From NCBI GenBank assembly GCA_904420075.1, contig CAJFTX010000067.1:12781-44780 (forward strand): a DNA stretch of 32,000 nt, given 5' to 3'. Each line of letters begins with the position of its first letter. Position 1 is the stretch's first letter. This document shows, piece by piece, positions 1 through 7,971 of the stretch. The notes below the pieces were generated by a model, which saw nothing but the letters and a program-made list of their open reading frames with translations, was not told the DNA's origin and made no database searches. Source of the stretch: an uncultured Clostridia bacterium. Its GTDB lineage: Bacteria > Bacillota > Clostridia > Oscillospirales > Feifaniaceae. A program made the position numbers and the translations under genes.

Positions 1-388
1 GTATTCTGGTAACCAGCCCTCGTACAATCAGTCAAGTGAAGTGAAATTCTCAAGTTCCGTAGCCGCAGGAACTGATGTCTACGCCGATATTGTTTCCATC
101 TTCCCAGCTATCGGAATTTACACGCAAAGATCTTCTAACTATACTCATTTTGTATGTGAGTGCAAAACACCGACAGATTCTACCGTGTGGGTATATATGT
201 CTACCTCAGAATATAGAAACAACTTTGATTCAAATGTTTCTACAAGCATTCATAACGAGTACCAAGATGAGAAAACATTTTCGTCAAAGAGAATCCATGG
301 TGAGGCAAGAAAGGCTGATAATGTAATGTCCAGTCTTTCTTCAGATACCGGTGCGACCATGTTGATAGACTTTGACTCCGTTGGCTAA
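1..388 (+). CDS. hypothetical protein, 3' end (reading frame open to the left window edge)
   Basis: Frame 2 is open from base 2 to TAA at 386-388. The track ORF 41..388 is only the part after an internal GTG. The region is AT-rich, unlike the rest of the window, and I recognise no motif. Confidence 0.35.
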   Translation, partial: YSGNQPSYNQSSEVKFSSSVAAGTDVYADIVSIFPAIGIYTQRSSNYTHFVCECKTPTDSTVWVYMSTSEYRNNFDSNVSTSIHNEYQDEKTFSSKRIHGEARKADNVMSSLSSDTGATMLIDFDSVG

Positions 389-633
389 CTTGGTCTTCTT
401 GAATGGAGCTGTAGATTACATTGAAAAAGAGATTATGAATTTTGGGCTTGTTTCCAAAAAAGGTTCTTGAAAAATATAGAATTAATATTGAGAGTACAAA
501 TCGTGCATTCCAAGAAAATAAAACTTCAAAAGAATCTTGGCGTGGCAGAGAATGTTGCGAATTGGTTGCGGAAAATGATGCCTATCAATTCTACGGATAC
601 AGAACCTACCCTGATCACAGTGGAGGTTATATA

Positions 634-1131
634 TCAAGGCGGAAAACCGGTGGCATATTTTACTTCACCAGCTTCCAGCTTTTTCAGACTATCCTCCAAT
701 ATTCGGATTTTTACGGAAGCTGTCAGCAGTAGTCTTCTCTGGAAATTCCATCCGCTGAAATAGAACAGCTTTTTCGGAACACAGTTTTCCTCTAAATCTT
801 CCATCAGTTCGGCAATCCGTTTAGCAAAGTCACAGTGTTTCAGGACATAAATAACGGGAGTTTCTTTTTCTCTGCCAAAACAGCTTTGCGCTCTTTGGAT
901 TTTGCCTTAATCTTATCAGCGATAACAACATAAGAATCAGCTCCTTTTCGTGTTGATTTCCAGCGGTTATAAGGCTTTTTCTGCTCCTTTCCTAATAACA
1001 TTTTCAATTCACCATAAATGAGAACCGCTGTCATATGTATTAGGTGGCGGGCACCACCCTTTACATAGTAACTCCTGTTTGGGAATAATGGATCGTTCCC
1101 CTCGTCGTCTCATAAGTTTTCCCTGTCTCTC
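634..1131 (-). pseudogene. probable decayed gene remnant(s): three short protein-like segments in three different frames
   Basis: Three minus-strand pieces follow one another out of frame. The first is a 33-codon ORF starting just after the immunity-like gene (MRRRGERSIIPKQELLCKGWCPPPNTYDSGSHLW). The second is the 64-aa ORF 840..1034. The third is an open frame of about 90 codons ending at TGA (plus-strand tca 634-636) that reads ...ETPVIYVLKHCDFAKRIAELMEDLEENCVPKKLFYFSGWNFQRRLLLTASVKIRILEDSLKKLEAGEVKYATGFPP. It looks helical but its only ATG is internal. No family recognised. Confidence 0.3.
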
Positions 1132-1440
1132 TCAGTTGATTTTTTTCCCGCCCACCAGAATCTCCTTTGGAAAGTTGTGATAGTTTACGAGAAAAAAGCC
1201 CTCATCGGATAACTCCACCGGCGGATTTCCGCTCACTTCCTCAGCCTGAAACGCAAACGAGGTGAACTCCTCATATCCCTCCTCGTCCATCTCATAGTCG
1301 TTTTCGTCCTCAAAACAGGTGTCGAACGTCGCAACAATTTTGCTCCCGTCCTCCCATATCAGCTCCATCTGCTCATTCTCATAGTGATCCAGGTTCTCTG
1401 CAAAAGTCTTCACAATTTTTCCTTCATACTTGTTTAACAT
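1132..1440 (-). CDS. small acidic protein, putative cognate immunity protein of the upstream toxin domain
   Basis: ATG at 1440 lies 2 nt after the toxin stop (TAA 1443-1445), preceded by GGATGGAAGGA as RBS. An alternative ATG at 1455 lies inside the toxin gene. The 102-aa product is very acidic (FEDENDYEMDEEGYEEF). Its position and size are typical of immunity genes. No family recognised. Confidence 0.55.
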   Translation of the reverse strand: MLNKYEGKIVKTFAENLDHYENEQMELIWEDGSKIVATFDTCFEDENDYEMDEEGYEEFTSFAFQAEEVSGNPPVELSDEGFFLVNYHNFPKEILVGGKKIN

Positions 1441-1442
1441 CG

Positions 1443-1817
1443 TTAATCCTTCCATCCTTTCGGCCTCGCTGGAACAATGTGCGTTCCCTTTTTTGAATAA
1501 TGGACTGTTCCTCTCGTTGTCTCACCCGTTCTCCCGGTGTTCTGATCTATATATGTCCCTATTACCTCTCCAAAATCTACCCTCTCCTTTTTGGGAGGAA
1601 TCCACTGCCCCGTTCCGGCATATTGATCGACAAGTTCCTGCGCCTTTTTCATCGAGCCGCGAAAAACACTCCTACCCTTCATGTAGTTATTGTGTCCCGG
1701 AATGTGCTTTCCCTGATTTCCCTCGTGTATTCTTTTCGGAAATCCGCGTATTCTTCCGCTTCCCTTCGTGTTGCCGAAGCTGCCACCGCCGCCTCCGCCG
1801 CCGATTCCGCCGCCCAC
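1443..1817 (-). CDS. Gly-rich linker plus polymorphic-toxin type 50 (Ntox50/PF15542-like) C-terminal toxin domain, free-standing 124-aa ORF
   Basis: GTG start 1815-1817 overlaps the TAG stop of the upstream gene by 1 nt (TAGTG). The N-terminus is GGGIGGGGGGGS. The rest carries NQGKHIPGHNNYMKGRSVF, AQELVDQYAGTG, VDFGEVIGTY and TTRGTVHYSKKGTHIVPARP. From memory these match the Ntox50 signature (KH-x-G-x-NY ... IHYSK-G-HIVPA-P). This needs HMM confirmation. Confidence 0.6.
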   Translation of the reverse strand: MGGGIGGGGGGGSFGNTKGSGRIRGFPKRIHEGNQGKHIPGHNNYMKGRSVFRGSMKKAQELVDQYAGTGQWIPPKKERVDFGEVIGTYIDQNTGRTGETTRGTVHYSKKGTHIVPARPKGWKD

Positions 1818-2506
1818 TAAGCAGTCACCTGCTCTCTGACCTTCAGAATCTCGCTTGTGAAGGGGACGATGCGGATTCCCGCCTCCCGGTACGGGGCGAA
1901 GATGTCGTCGGGCGCCATGCCATAGACGAGGATCGTCTTCGGCGAGAGTCGTCTCACAAGCTCGGCAAGCCCCCGCTTGAAGTACTCCCGGTCCTCCCTG
2001 TGCTGGATACAGCCGTGTGTCCCGACCGAGACGGTCTTCCCCGCTTCTATCCCTTCAAAGCAGAAAGCGTAGGTCCGCTCGTCGTTAAACCGGACGTTTG
2101 GGATGATCGGAACACCGTTTTGCTGCAGCCAGACGGCGAGCGTCCGGCCCCGGTATGTATTCCACATCTGCATCACAAGCGGCATGTTCCGGTAGAGGCT
2201 GAAATCGGGGGAGATCACCCCCTGAAACTTCTTCAGCCGGCTTTCATACTGCCTCGGGTTTCTCCACAGCCGCTCAAAGTTCCTGTCCTGCTCGTAGAAC
2301 GCCACCCACGCGTCAAACCTGCGGCAGGAGGCCGACACCGCCTTTGAAAAGGGGATCATCTCCTCCGGCAGAAGCTCGCTTGTCCGAAGCTTCGGGCGCT
2401 CCAACTCTCCCGCGTAGTCGGCCTGCTCCACAAGGTAGGCGTGAAAGACGTCGTATCTCGTATTCAGTTGTCCTTTTGTCACTCGAACGAGTACCTCCGT
2501 AAACAA
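1817..2506 (-). CDS. DUF4417 (PF14386-like) domain protein
   Basis: The sequence ...FYEQDRNFERLWRNPRQYESRLKKFQGVISPDFSLYRNMPLVMQMWNTYRGRTLAVWLQQNGVPIIPNVRFNDERTYAFCFEGIEAGKTVSVGTHG matches the DUF4417 pattern as I recall it. The track start is TTG 2506 with no RBS. GTG at 2482 has GGAGG 11 nt upstream and may be the true start. Confidence 0.75.
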   Translation of the reverse strand: MFTEVLVRVTKGQLNTRYDVFHAYLVEQADYAGELERPKLRTSELLPEEMIPFSKAVSASCRRFDAWVAFYEQDRNFERLWRNPRQYESRLKKFQGVISPDFSLYRNMPLVMQMWNTYRGRTLAVWLQQNGVPIIPNVRFNDERTYAFCFEGIEAGKTVSVGTHGCIQHREDREYFKRGLAELVRRLSPKTILVYGMAPDDIFAPYREAGIRIVPFTSEILKVREQVTA

Positions 2507-2587
2507 AAATTTGAGGAATTCTTCTCTTGCCTTCCGTTTACGGACCTATCGCGGTCGAGTGATATGGAGTCCTAATCCTTAGAGAAA

Positions 2588-2639
2588 GCGCCCCTCGGAA
2601 GACTGTAACAGTTCTTGCAAGGGGCGTTTTTCTTTTTTA
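2588..2639. terminator. long GC hairpin flanked by A/T-rich tracts (candidate bidirectional terminator, right boundary of the accessory cassette)
   Basis: gcgcccct (2588-2595) pairs with aggggcg (2620-2626), with additional inner pairing. On the plus strand it is followed by tttttcttttt. On the minus strand (downstream of the histidine kinase stop at 2719) it is followed by TTTCTCT. Confidence 0.5.
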
Positions 2640-2718
2640 CACGGGCGCTCCTCCCCAAAGGGGTTGCTCCGTTCTTCTCTGATTTCAGTGTAACTCCATT
2701 TTGGAGTGCCGTCAAGAC

Positions 2719-3864
2719 TCACTCGGCACGGCTCTGCACCCCCGTCTCCCGGTCCGGGAGCACCACCGTGAAGGCGGTGACGCCGCTCTCGCTCCGGACC
2801 GAGATCGTCCCGCCGTGCAGCTCCACGATCTCCTTGGCGATGGCGAGCCCCAGCCCCGAGCCGCCGGTGTCCGACCGGCGCGCCTCGTCCAGCCGATAGA
2901 ACTTGTCGAAGATGACGGCGAGCTTTTCCGGCGGGATGGTGCGCCCCTCGTTGCGCACGGTGACCGCCGTTCCACGCCCGGTCCGCTCGGCCCGGATGAG
3001 GATCTCGGTCCGCTCGTCGCTGTAGCTCGCCGCGTTCTTTAAGAGGTTGTTAAACACCCGGGCGAGCTTGTCCGGGTCGCCGTAGACGGTGAGGTTCTCC
3101 GCCGCCTCGAGCCGCACCGTGTTCCCCCGGGCAGAGAGCTGCGGATAGAGCTCGTCCGCCACCTGGGCGAGCATATAGCTAAGGTCGATCCCGCGGCACT
3201 CGAGCAGCATCTGCCTCGAGTTGTAGCGGGTGATCTCAAAGAATTCACCAATCAGCCGCTCGAGCCTATGCGCCTTCTCGAGCGTGATGTGCAGATACTT
3301 CGCCCGCTGCGCCGCCGGCATGTCCTGCGCCTCGTCGAGCAGGCTCAAGTAGCCGATCACCGAGGTCAGCGGGGTGCGGATGTCGTGCGCGAGATACATC
3401 ACAAGCTCGTCCTTGCGCTGCTCGGCGAGCTGGGTCTCGAGCGAGCGGCGCTCGAGCGTCTGCCGCACGGCGTTGAGCTGCTTCTCGGTCGTCGCGAGCT
3501 CGGGGATGAGGGTGATCTCCTCCCGGCCCAGCAGCCCGTCGATGCCCCGGTTGATCTCCCGGAAGTAGCGGGTGAACCACCCGAGAAACACCCGAAACAG
3601 GATGAAAAACATCCCCACGACCGCGGCAAGCCAGATGAGCTCGGCGTTGTTGCGGACATAGTAGTGATAGACAAAGTAGGCCTCGTCCGACGGGAAGCCG
3701 AAGAACCGCTCCAGGATGCGCACCACGATATCGCCGCCCACCCCCTTCCAGAAGAAGATGTAGAACCCGAAGATAATCGCAAAGGCGCCGAGCGCCATCC
3801 CGAGCACCCGCCAGAACAGCTTGCGCTTTAGTCGGGAGTAGTCCCCTCGCTCTCTCTTAGCCAT
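2719..3864 (-). CDS. sensor histidine kinase (VanS/OmpR-partner type, two TM helices with a short loop)
   Basis: H-box LAHDIRTPLTSVIGYLSLL, N-box FNNLLKNAASYS, G-box DTGGSGLGLAIAKEIVELHGG. There are two N-terminal hydrophobic helices. The start ATG overlaps the stop of the response regulator gene. Confidence 0.93.
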   Translation of the reverse strand: MAKRERGDYSRLKRKLFWRVLGMALGAFAIIFGFYIFFWKGVGGDIVVRILERFFGFPSDEAYFVYHYYVRNNAELIWLAAVVGMFFILFRVFLGWFTRYFREINRGIDGLLGREEITLIPELATTEKQLNAVRQTLERRSLETQLAEQRKDELVMYLAHDIRTPLTSVIGYLSLLDEAQDMPAAQRAKYLHITLEKAHRLERLIGEFFEITRYNSRQMLLECRGIDLSYMLAQVADELYPQLSARGNTVRLEAAENLTVYGDPDKLARVFNNLLKNAASYSDERTEILIRAERTGRGTAVTVRNEGRTIPPEKLAVIFDKFYRLDEARRSDTGGSGLGLAIAKEIVELHGGTISVRSESGVTAFTVVLPDRETGVQSRAE

Positions 3865-4552
3865 CGATCTTATACCCCACTCCCCAGACCGTCTTGATGT
3901 ACTTCGGACGCTCCGCCGTGTCCTCCATCTTCTCGCGCAGGTGCCGGACGTGCACGGTGATGGTGTTGTTGTTCTTACTGTAGTACTCGTCCCTCCAGAT
4001 CTCGTGGAAGAGCTCCTCGGCGCTCACCACCTTGCCCCGGCGCTCGAGCAGAATCCGCAGGATCTCAAACTCGGTGGGCGTGAGCGGGAGTTCCCGCTCG
4101 TTTAAAAAGCACTGGTGGTTGTCCACATCCAGCAGAAGCCCCCCGTGGGCGATCACCGTCTCCCGTCCGCCGGGGGCGCGGCTGTAGCGCTTGTACCGCC
4201 GGAGCTGCGCCTTCACCCGCGCCACAAGCTCGAGCGGGCGGAACGGCTTTGTGATGTAGTCGTCCGCCCCGAGGGTGAGGCCGGTGATCTTGTCGATCTC
4301 ACCGTCCTTCGCCGTGAGCATGATGACCGGATAGGTGTGCGCCTCCCGGATGCGCTGGCAGAGGGCAAAGCCGCTCGTCCCCGGGAGCATGATGTCCAAA
4401 ATCGCGAGGTCGAGCGCCTCCTTCTCAATCACCCGGAGCGCCTCCTCCGCCGTGTAGCACTTGAAAACCGTGTAGTTCTCATTTTTGAGGTAGAGCTCGA
4501 CGAGGTCGGCGATCTCCCGCTCGTCGTCCACCACCAGAATCCTGTCCCCCAT
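3857..4552 (-). CDS. OmpR/PhoB-family response regulator (VanR-like)
   Basis: Receiver domain ILVVDDEREIADL...LDLAILDIMLPGTSG...MLTAK. Winged-helix C-terminus TVHVRHLREKM...IKTVWGVGYK. I place the start at ATG 4552 (RBS AAGGGGGG) rather than the track start 4597. Confidence 0.93.
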   Translation of the reverse strand: MGDRILVVDDEREIADLVELYLKNENYTVFKCYTAEEALRVIEKEALDLAILDIMLPGTSGFALCQRIREAHTYPVIMLTAKDGEIDKITGLTLGADDYITKPFRPLELVARVKAQLRRYKRYSRAPGGRETVIAHGGLLLDVDNHQCFLNERELPLTPTEFEILRILLERRGKVVSAEELFHEIWRDEYYSKNNNTITVHVRHLREKMEDTAERPKYIKTVWGVGYKIDG

Positions 4553-4623
4553 GGTATCCCCCCTTGTCCTTTTCGGTCTTATTGTATCAGAGCGCACCGG
4601 AAAAAAACAGAAGAAATCCCTTG

Positions 4624-4641
4624 GGAATTCTTAAGAATTCC
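4624..4641. promoter_or_regulatory. perfect 18-bp palindrome GGAATTCTTAAGAATTCC upstream of the two-component operon
   Basis: Read directly from the sequence. It has imperfect extension on both sides (cccttg / cttaagg). It sits between the ATPase terminator hairpin and a TACAAT -10-like hexamer upstream of the response regulator gene. Confidence 0.4.
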
Positions 4642-4645
4642 TTAA

Positions 4646-4674
4646 GGCGCCCCGGACGGGATGTCCGGGGCGCC
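4646..4674 (-). terminator. hairpin terminator after the P-type ATPase gene
   Basis: Perfect 12-bp stem ggcgccccggac / gtccggggcgcc with a 5-nt loop. It starts 6 nt after the stop at 4680. On the minus strand it is followed by TTAAGGAATTCTT, which is only moderately U-rich. Confidence 0.55.
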
Positions 4675-4679
4675 CTACA

Positions 4680-7340
4680 CTATTTCCGTGCGAGCACCGT
4701 CTTGCGCACGAGGTCCACCGGGATGATGGTGAAGGCGAGCGCGAGCACCACCCCCCACTCCCCGAGCAGCAGTCCGTAGCAGCGGAGAATCTCCCCGCCG
4801 AAGTAGGTCATCAGACACTGCACCAGCACGATCAGCAGCAGAATCTTCCAGAAGCCGTGGTTCTTCTCGATGTTGTCGAAGAGGTTGCGCCGGTCGGTGC
4901 GCGCGTTAAACGCGTTGCACACCGCCATCAGGATATAGAAAGCGAAGTACCCGGTCATGAGATAGGCGTCCCCCGCCGCCGGGCGGAAGAACTTTTCCAC
5001 CGCGGGCGACAGCAGAAAGAAGAGGCTCATCCCAAACGCCCACAGGCCGTCCACCACGATGGCGCTCCACATCTCGCGGCTGACGATGCTCTCCCGGCGC
5101 TGCTTCGGCCGCTCCTGCATGTACCGCCGCAGCGCGGGCTCCCCGCCGAAGGCGAGCGCCGCGAGGGTGTCCATCACGAGGTTCACCCAGAGGATCTGCA
5201 CGATCGAGAGCGGATTTGCCATCCCCAGCAGCGGCGCCATGAAGGAGATGAGCACCGCCGAGACGTTGATGGTGAGCTGAAAGACGATAAATTTGCGGAT
5301 GCTGTTATAGATGGTGCGGCCGTAGAGAATCGCCTTTGCGATCGAGGCGAAGTTGTCGTCGAGGATCACGATGTCCCCCGCCTCCTTCGCGACCTCGGTG
5401 CCGCCGCCCATCGCAAAGCCCACGTCCGCGCACTTGAGGGCGGGCGAGTCGTTGACCCCGTCGCCGGTCATCCCGGCCACCAGGTCGAGCGCCTGCGCCG
5501 CGCGCACAAGCCGGCTCTTGTCGCTCGGCAGCGCCCGCGCCACCACCCGGATCTGCGGCAGCTTGCGCTGGAGCTCCCGGTCATCCATGGCGGCGAGCTC
5601 CTCCGAGGTGAGCGTAAGCTCCCGCTCGGAGCGGAGGATGCCCGCCTCCTTCGCGATGGCGACGGCGGTGTCCTTCCGGTCTCCGGTGATCATCACCACC
5701 TGCACCCCCGCCCGCTGTACCTCGCGGATCGCCTCCTTTGACTCGGGGCGCACCTCGTCCCGGATGCCGATCACGCCGATGAGGGTGAAGGCCCCCTCCG
5801 GCAGGCGCTCGCCCCGGATCTCCCCCTCCGAGGTGCAGAGGGCGAGCACCCGGATGGCCCGCCCCGCGAGCTCGTCGATCCTCCGGTCGAGCTCGCGGCG
5901 GGCCGCGGGGGTGAGCGGGCGGCGCTCCCCGTCCCCGCCGTAGTACCCGTCGCAGCGGGAGAGCAGCTTCTCGGGCGCGCCCTTGATGAGGGTGAGGTTT
6001 CGCTCGCCCCGCACCGTCGCGGCCGAGAACTTCCGGTCGCTCGAGAAGGGGATGGCCGCCACCTTGGTCACGCTCTGCGCCCCGCCCCGCTTCGACTGCG
6101 CCGCAAAGGACAAGATCGCCCGCTCGGTCGCGTTGCCGCCGAGCACCGTGAGCTTCCCCCGGTCGGAGGTGACGAGCGCATCGGTGTTCTGCCGGACGCC
6201 GAGCGAGAGCAGCTGCGCGAGCTCGCCCGGCACCTGGTCGAAGCTCCTGTAGTCGCCGCAGGCCCCGTCCACAAAGCAGACCGCCTGCAGCTCGCCGCGG
6301 GTGATGGTGCCGGTCTTGTCGGAGAAGAGGATGTTGAGGCTGCCCGCCGTCTCGATCCCCGCGATTTTGCGCACCAGCACATTGTCCTTCAGCATCTTTC
6401 GCATGTTGAGCGCGGAGACGAGCGCCACCATCAGCGGCAGCCCCTCCGGCACCGCCATCACGATGACGATCACCGCCAGCATCACCCCCTCGACAAAGTC
6501 GGAGAGCAGCCCGGGCAGGTTCTGACAGTACAGAAGAATCCGCGCGGGGTCAAACCCGTTTGCGATCACGATCCGCTGAAAGAGGAAGGCCGCCGCGATC
6601 AGCACTCCGCCGATGTAGCCGAACTTGCTGATTCCATTCGCGAGCCCCTGGAGCTTCATCGCAAGCGGCGACTCCCGCTCCCCGCTCTGCTGCAGCTCGC
6701 CCGCGATCTGCCCGTAGACCGAGCGGTCGCCCACGGCCGCGACCTCCATCACCCCGCTGCCCGAGACGACCACCGCCCCGCGGAACACCTTGTAGGGCGC
6801 GAGGAAGTCCATCCCCCGCCCCTCGTCGAAGGAGGCGCCGCGCGGGGCGGGGCTCTTCTCCGCCTCGGCGCTCTCGCCGTTCAGGGCCGACTGGTCCGCC
6901 TTGAAGCCGCCCGAGCGCAGAAGGCCGTCCGCCGGAATCCGGTCCCCCGCCTGGAGCAGCACCCGGTCGCCGACCACGATCTCCCCGATCGGCAGCTCGC
7001 AGAGGTTGCCGTTCCGGTAGACCTTGCAGAAGATCTTCCCGGCCTCCTCCTGCAGTTTCTGAAAGGCGTTCTCGTTGCGGTACTCCGAGAAGGTGGACAC
7101 AAAGGTCGCCAGCAGCACCGCCGCCGCGATCCCCACCGACTCGTACCACTCGGTCTGCCCCGTGAGCGCGAAGGTGATATTGATCGCGAGCGCCACGCAG
7201 AGGATTTTAATCATCGGGTCGTTAAAGTTGCCCCGCAGCTTCTGCCAGAAGGTCTCTCCCCCCCGCTCGGTGAGACGGTTGTCCCCGTACCGCTCGCGGG
7301 AGGCGCGCACCTCCGCACTTGACAGTCCTCTCTCTCTCAT
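4680..7340 (-). CDS. calcium-translocating P-type ATPase (PMCA/YloB-like, P2 type)
   Basis: Motifs: DKTGTIT phosphorylation site (FSDKTGTITRG), VPEGLP, MITGDRKDTAVAIAKEAGI, MTGDGVNDSPALKCADVGFAMG. It also has an N-terminal cation-ATPase domain (GLSSAEVRASRERYGDNRL) and multiple TM segments. RBS is GGAGGG. Confidence 0.95.
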   Translation of the reverse strand: MRERGLSSAEVRASRERYGDNRLTERGGETFWQKLRGNFNDPMIKILCVALAINITFALTGQTEWYESVGIAAAVLLATFVSTFSEYRNENAFQKLQEEAGKIFCKVYRNGNLCELPIGEIVVGDRVLLQAGDRIPADGLLRSGGFKADQSALNGESAEAEKSPAPRGASFDEGRGMDFLAPYKVFRGAVVVSGSGVMEVAAVGDRSVYGQIAGELQQSGERESPLAMKLQGLANGISKFGYIGGVLIAAAFLFQRIVIANGFDPARILLYCQNLPGLLSDFVEGVMLAVIVIVMAVPEGLPLMVALVSALNMRKMLKDNVLVRKIAGIETAGSLNILFSDKTGTITRGELQAVCFVDGACGDYRSFDQVPGELAQLLSLGVRQNTDALVTSDRGKLTVLGGNATERAILSFAAQSKRGGAQSVTKVAAIPFSSDRKFSAATVRGERNLTLIKGAPEKLLSRCDGYYGGDGERRPLTPAARRELDRRIDELAGRAIRVLALCTSEGEIRGERLPEGAFTLIGVIGIRDEVRPESKEAIREVQRAGVQVVMITGDRKDTAVAIAKEAGILRSERELTLTSEELAAMDDRELQRKLPQIRVVARALPSDKSRLVRAAQALDLVAGMTGDGVNDSPALKCADVGFAMGGGTEVAKEAGDIVILDDNFASIAKAILYGRTIYNSIRKFIVFQLTINVSAVLISFMAPLLGMANPLSIVQILWVNLVMDTLAALAFGGEPALRRYMQERPKQRRESIVSREMWSAIVVDGLWAFGMSLFFLLSPAVEKFFRPAAGDAYLMTGYFAFYILMAVCNAFNARTDRRNLFDNIEKNHGFWKILLLIVLVQCLMTYFGGEILRCYGLLLGEWGVVLALAFTIIPVDLVRKTVLARK

Positions 7341-7428
7341 TTCGTTCCCTCCATTTTGACAGTCAGGGGCGGAAGGTTCGTCCGCCCCAATCCCATCTTA
7401 CGCGGCATGTCCCCTTCCTAGAACCGTC

Positions 7429-7971
7429 TCAATAGAGGAAATAGCCGAGCGCGCCCGCGCCCAGCATCACGAGCACCGGGTGTACCCGGAAGCGGCGCTG
7501 CGCGACGAGCGCCCCCAGAAAGAGCAGCAGAGCGGCCCAGTCGGCCCCGCCGTCCGGGAGCAGCGCCGACTGTAAAAGCGGAAGGGTCGCCGCCGCGATC
7601 AGCCCGAGCGAGCTCGCCTTCAGTCCGGAGAGTGCCGCCGAGAGCGGGCGGGAGGCGCGCCGCCGCTCAAAAAAGCGGTAGAGCAGCAGCGAGAGCAGAG
7701 CGCCCGAGGCGACGCAGCCCGCCGTGGCGAGCGCCGCCCCCGGGACGCCCGCGACCTGGAGCCCGACAAAGGTGGAGGTGTTCACCGCGAGCGGCCCCGG
7801 CGTCATCTGCGAGATGGTGATGATGTCGGTGAAGGTCCGCTCCGAGATCCAGTGAAACTTGTCCACCACCTGCGCGCGGATGAGCGGGATGACCGCATAT
7901 CCCCCGCCGATGCTGAACAGCCCGATCTGAAAAAATGCGGCCGTGAGTTCCAAAAGAGGCCCCACCCTCAC
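7429..7971 (-). CDS. chrA: chromate ion transporter (CHR) family protein, short-chain, second of a pair
   Basis: FQIGLFSIGGGYAVIPLI motif and multiple TM helices. The GTG start overlaps the TGA of the upstream paralog (GTGA). Confidence 0.85.
   Translation of the reverse strand: MRVGPLLELTAAFFQIGLFSIGGGYAVIPLIRAQVVDKFHWISERTFTDIITISQMTPGPLAVNTSTFVGLQVAGVPGAALATAGCVASGALLSLLLYRFFERRRASRPLSAALSGLKASSLGLIAAATLPLLQSALLPDGGADWAALLLFLGALVAQRRFRVHPVLVMLGAGALGYFLY

Noticed and set aside
442-763. Plus-strand ORFs 442..732 and 467..763, plus an ATG at 434 that stops after 11 codons following an A6 run
   Set aside because: The two ORFs overlap each other and the protein-like minus-strand frame ending at 634. 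Part of the 442 frame (WRGRECCELVAENDAYQFYGYRTYPDHSGGY) looks protein-like, so a frameshifted plus-strand pseudogene is possible. I cannot decide between the strands in this AT-rich, apparently decayed region.
1780-1830. Programmed -1 ribosomal frameshift joining DUF4417 to the toxin domain
   Set aside because: The toxin frame is -1 and stays open upstream of its GTG. However, there is no slippery X XXY YYZ heptamer at ...GTGACTGCTTAGTGGGC and no obvious downstream stimulator. Translational coupling or a mutational frameshift is more parsimonious. It is kept only as a possibility within the toxin cassette finding.
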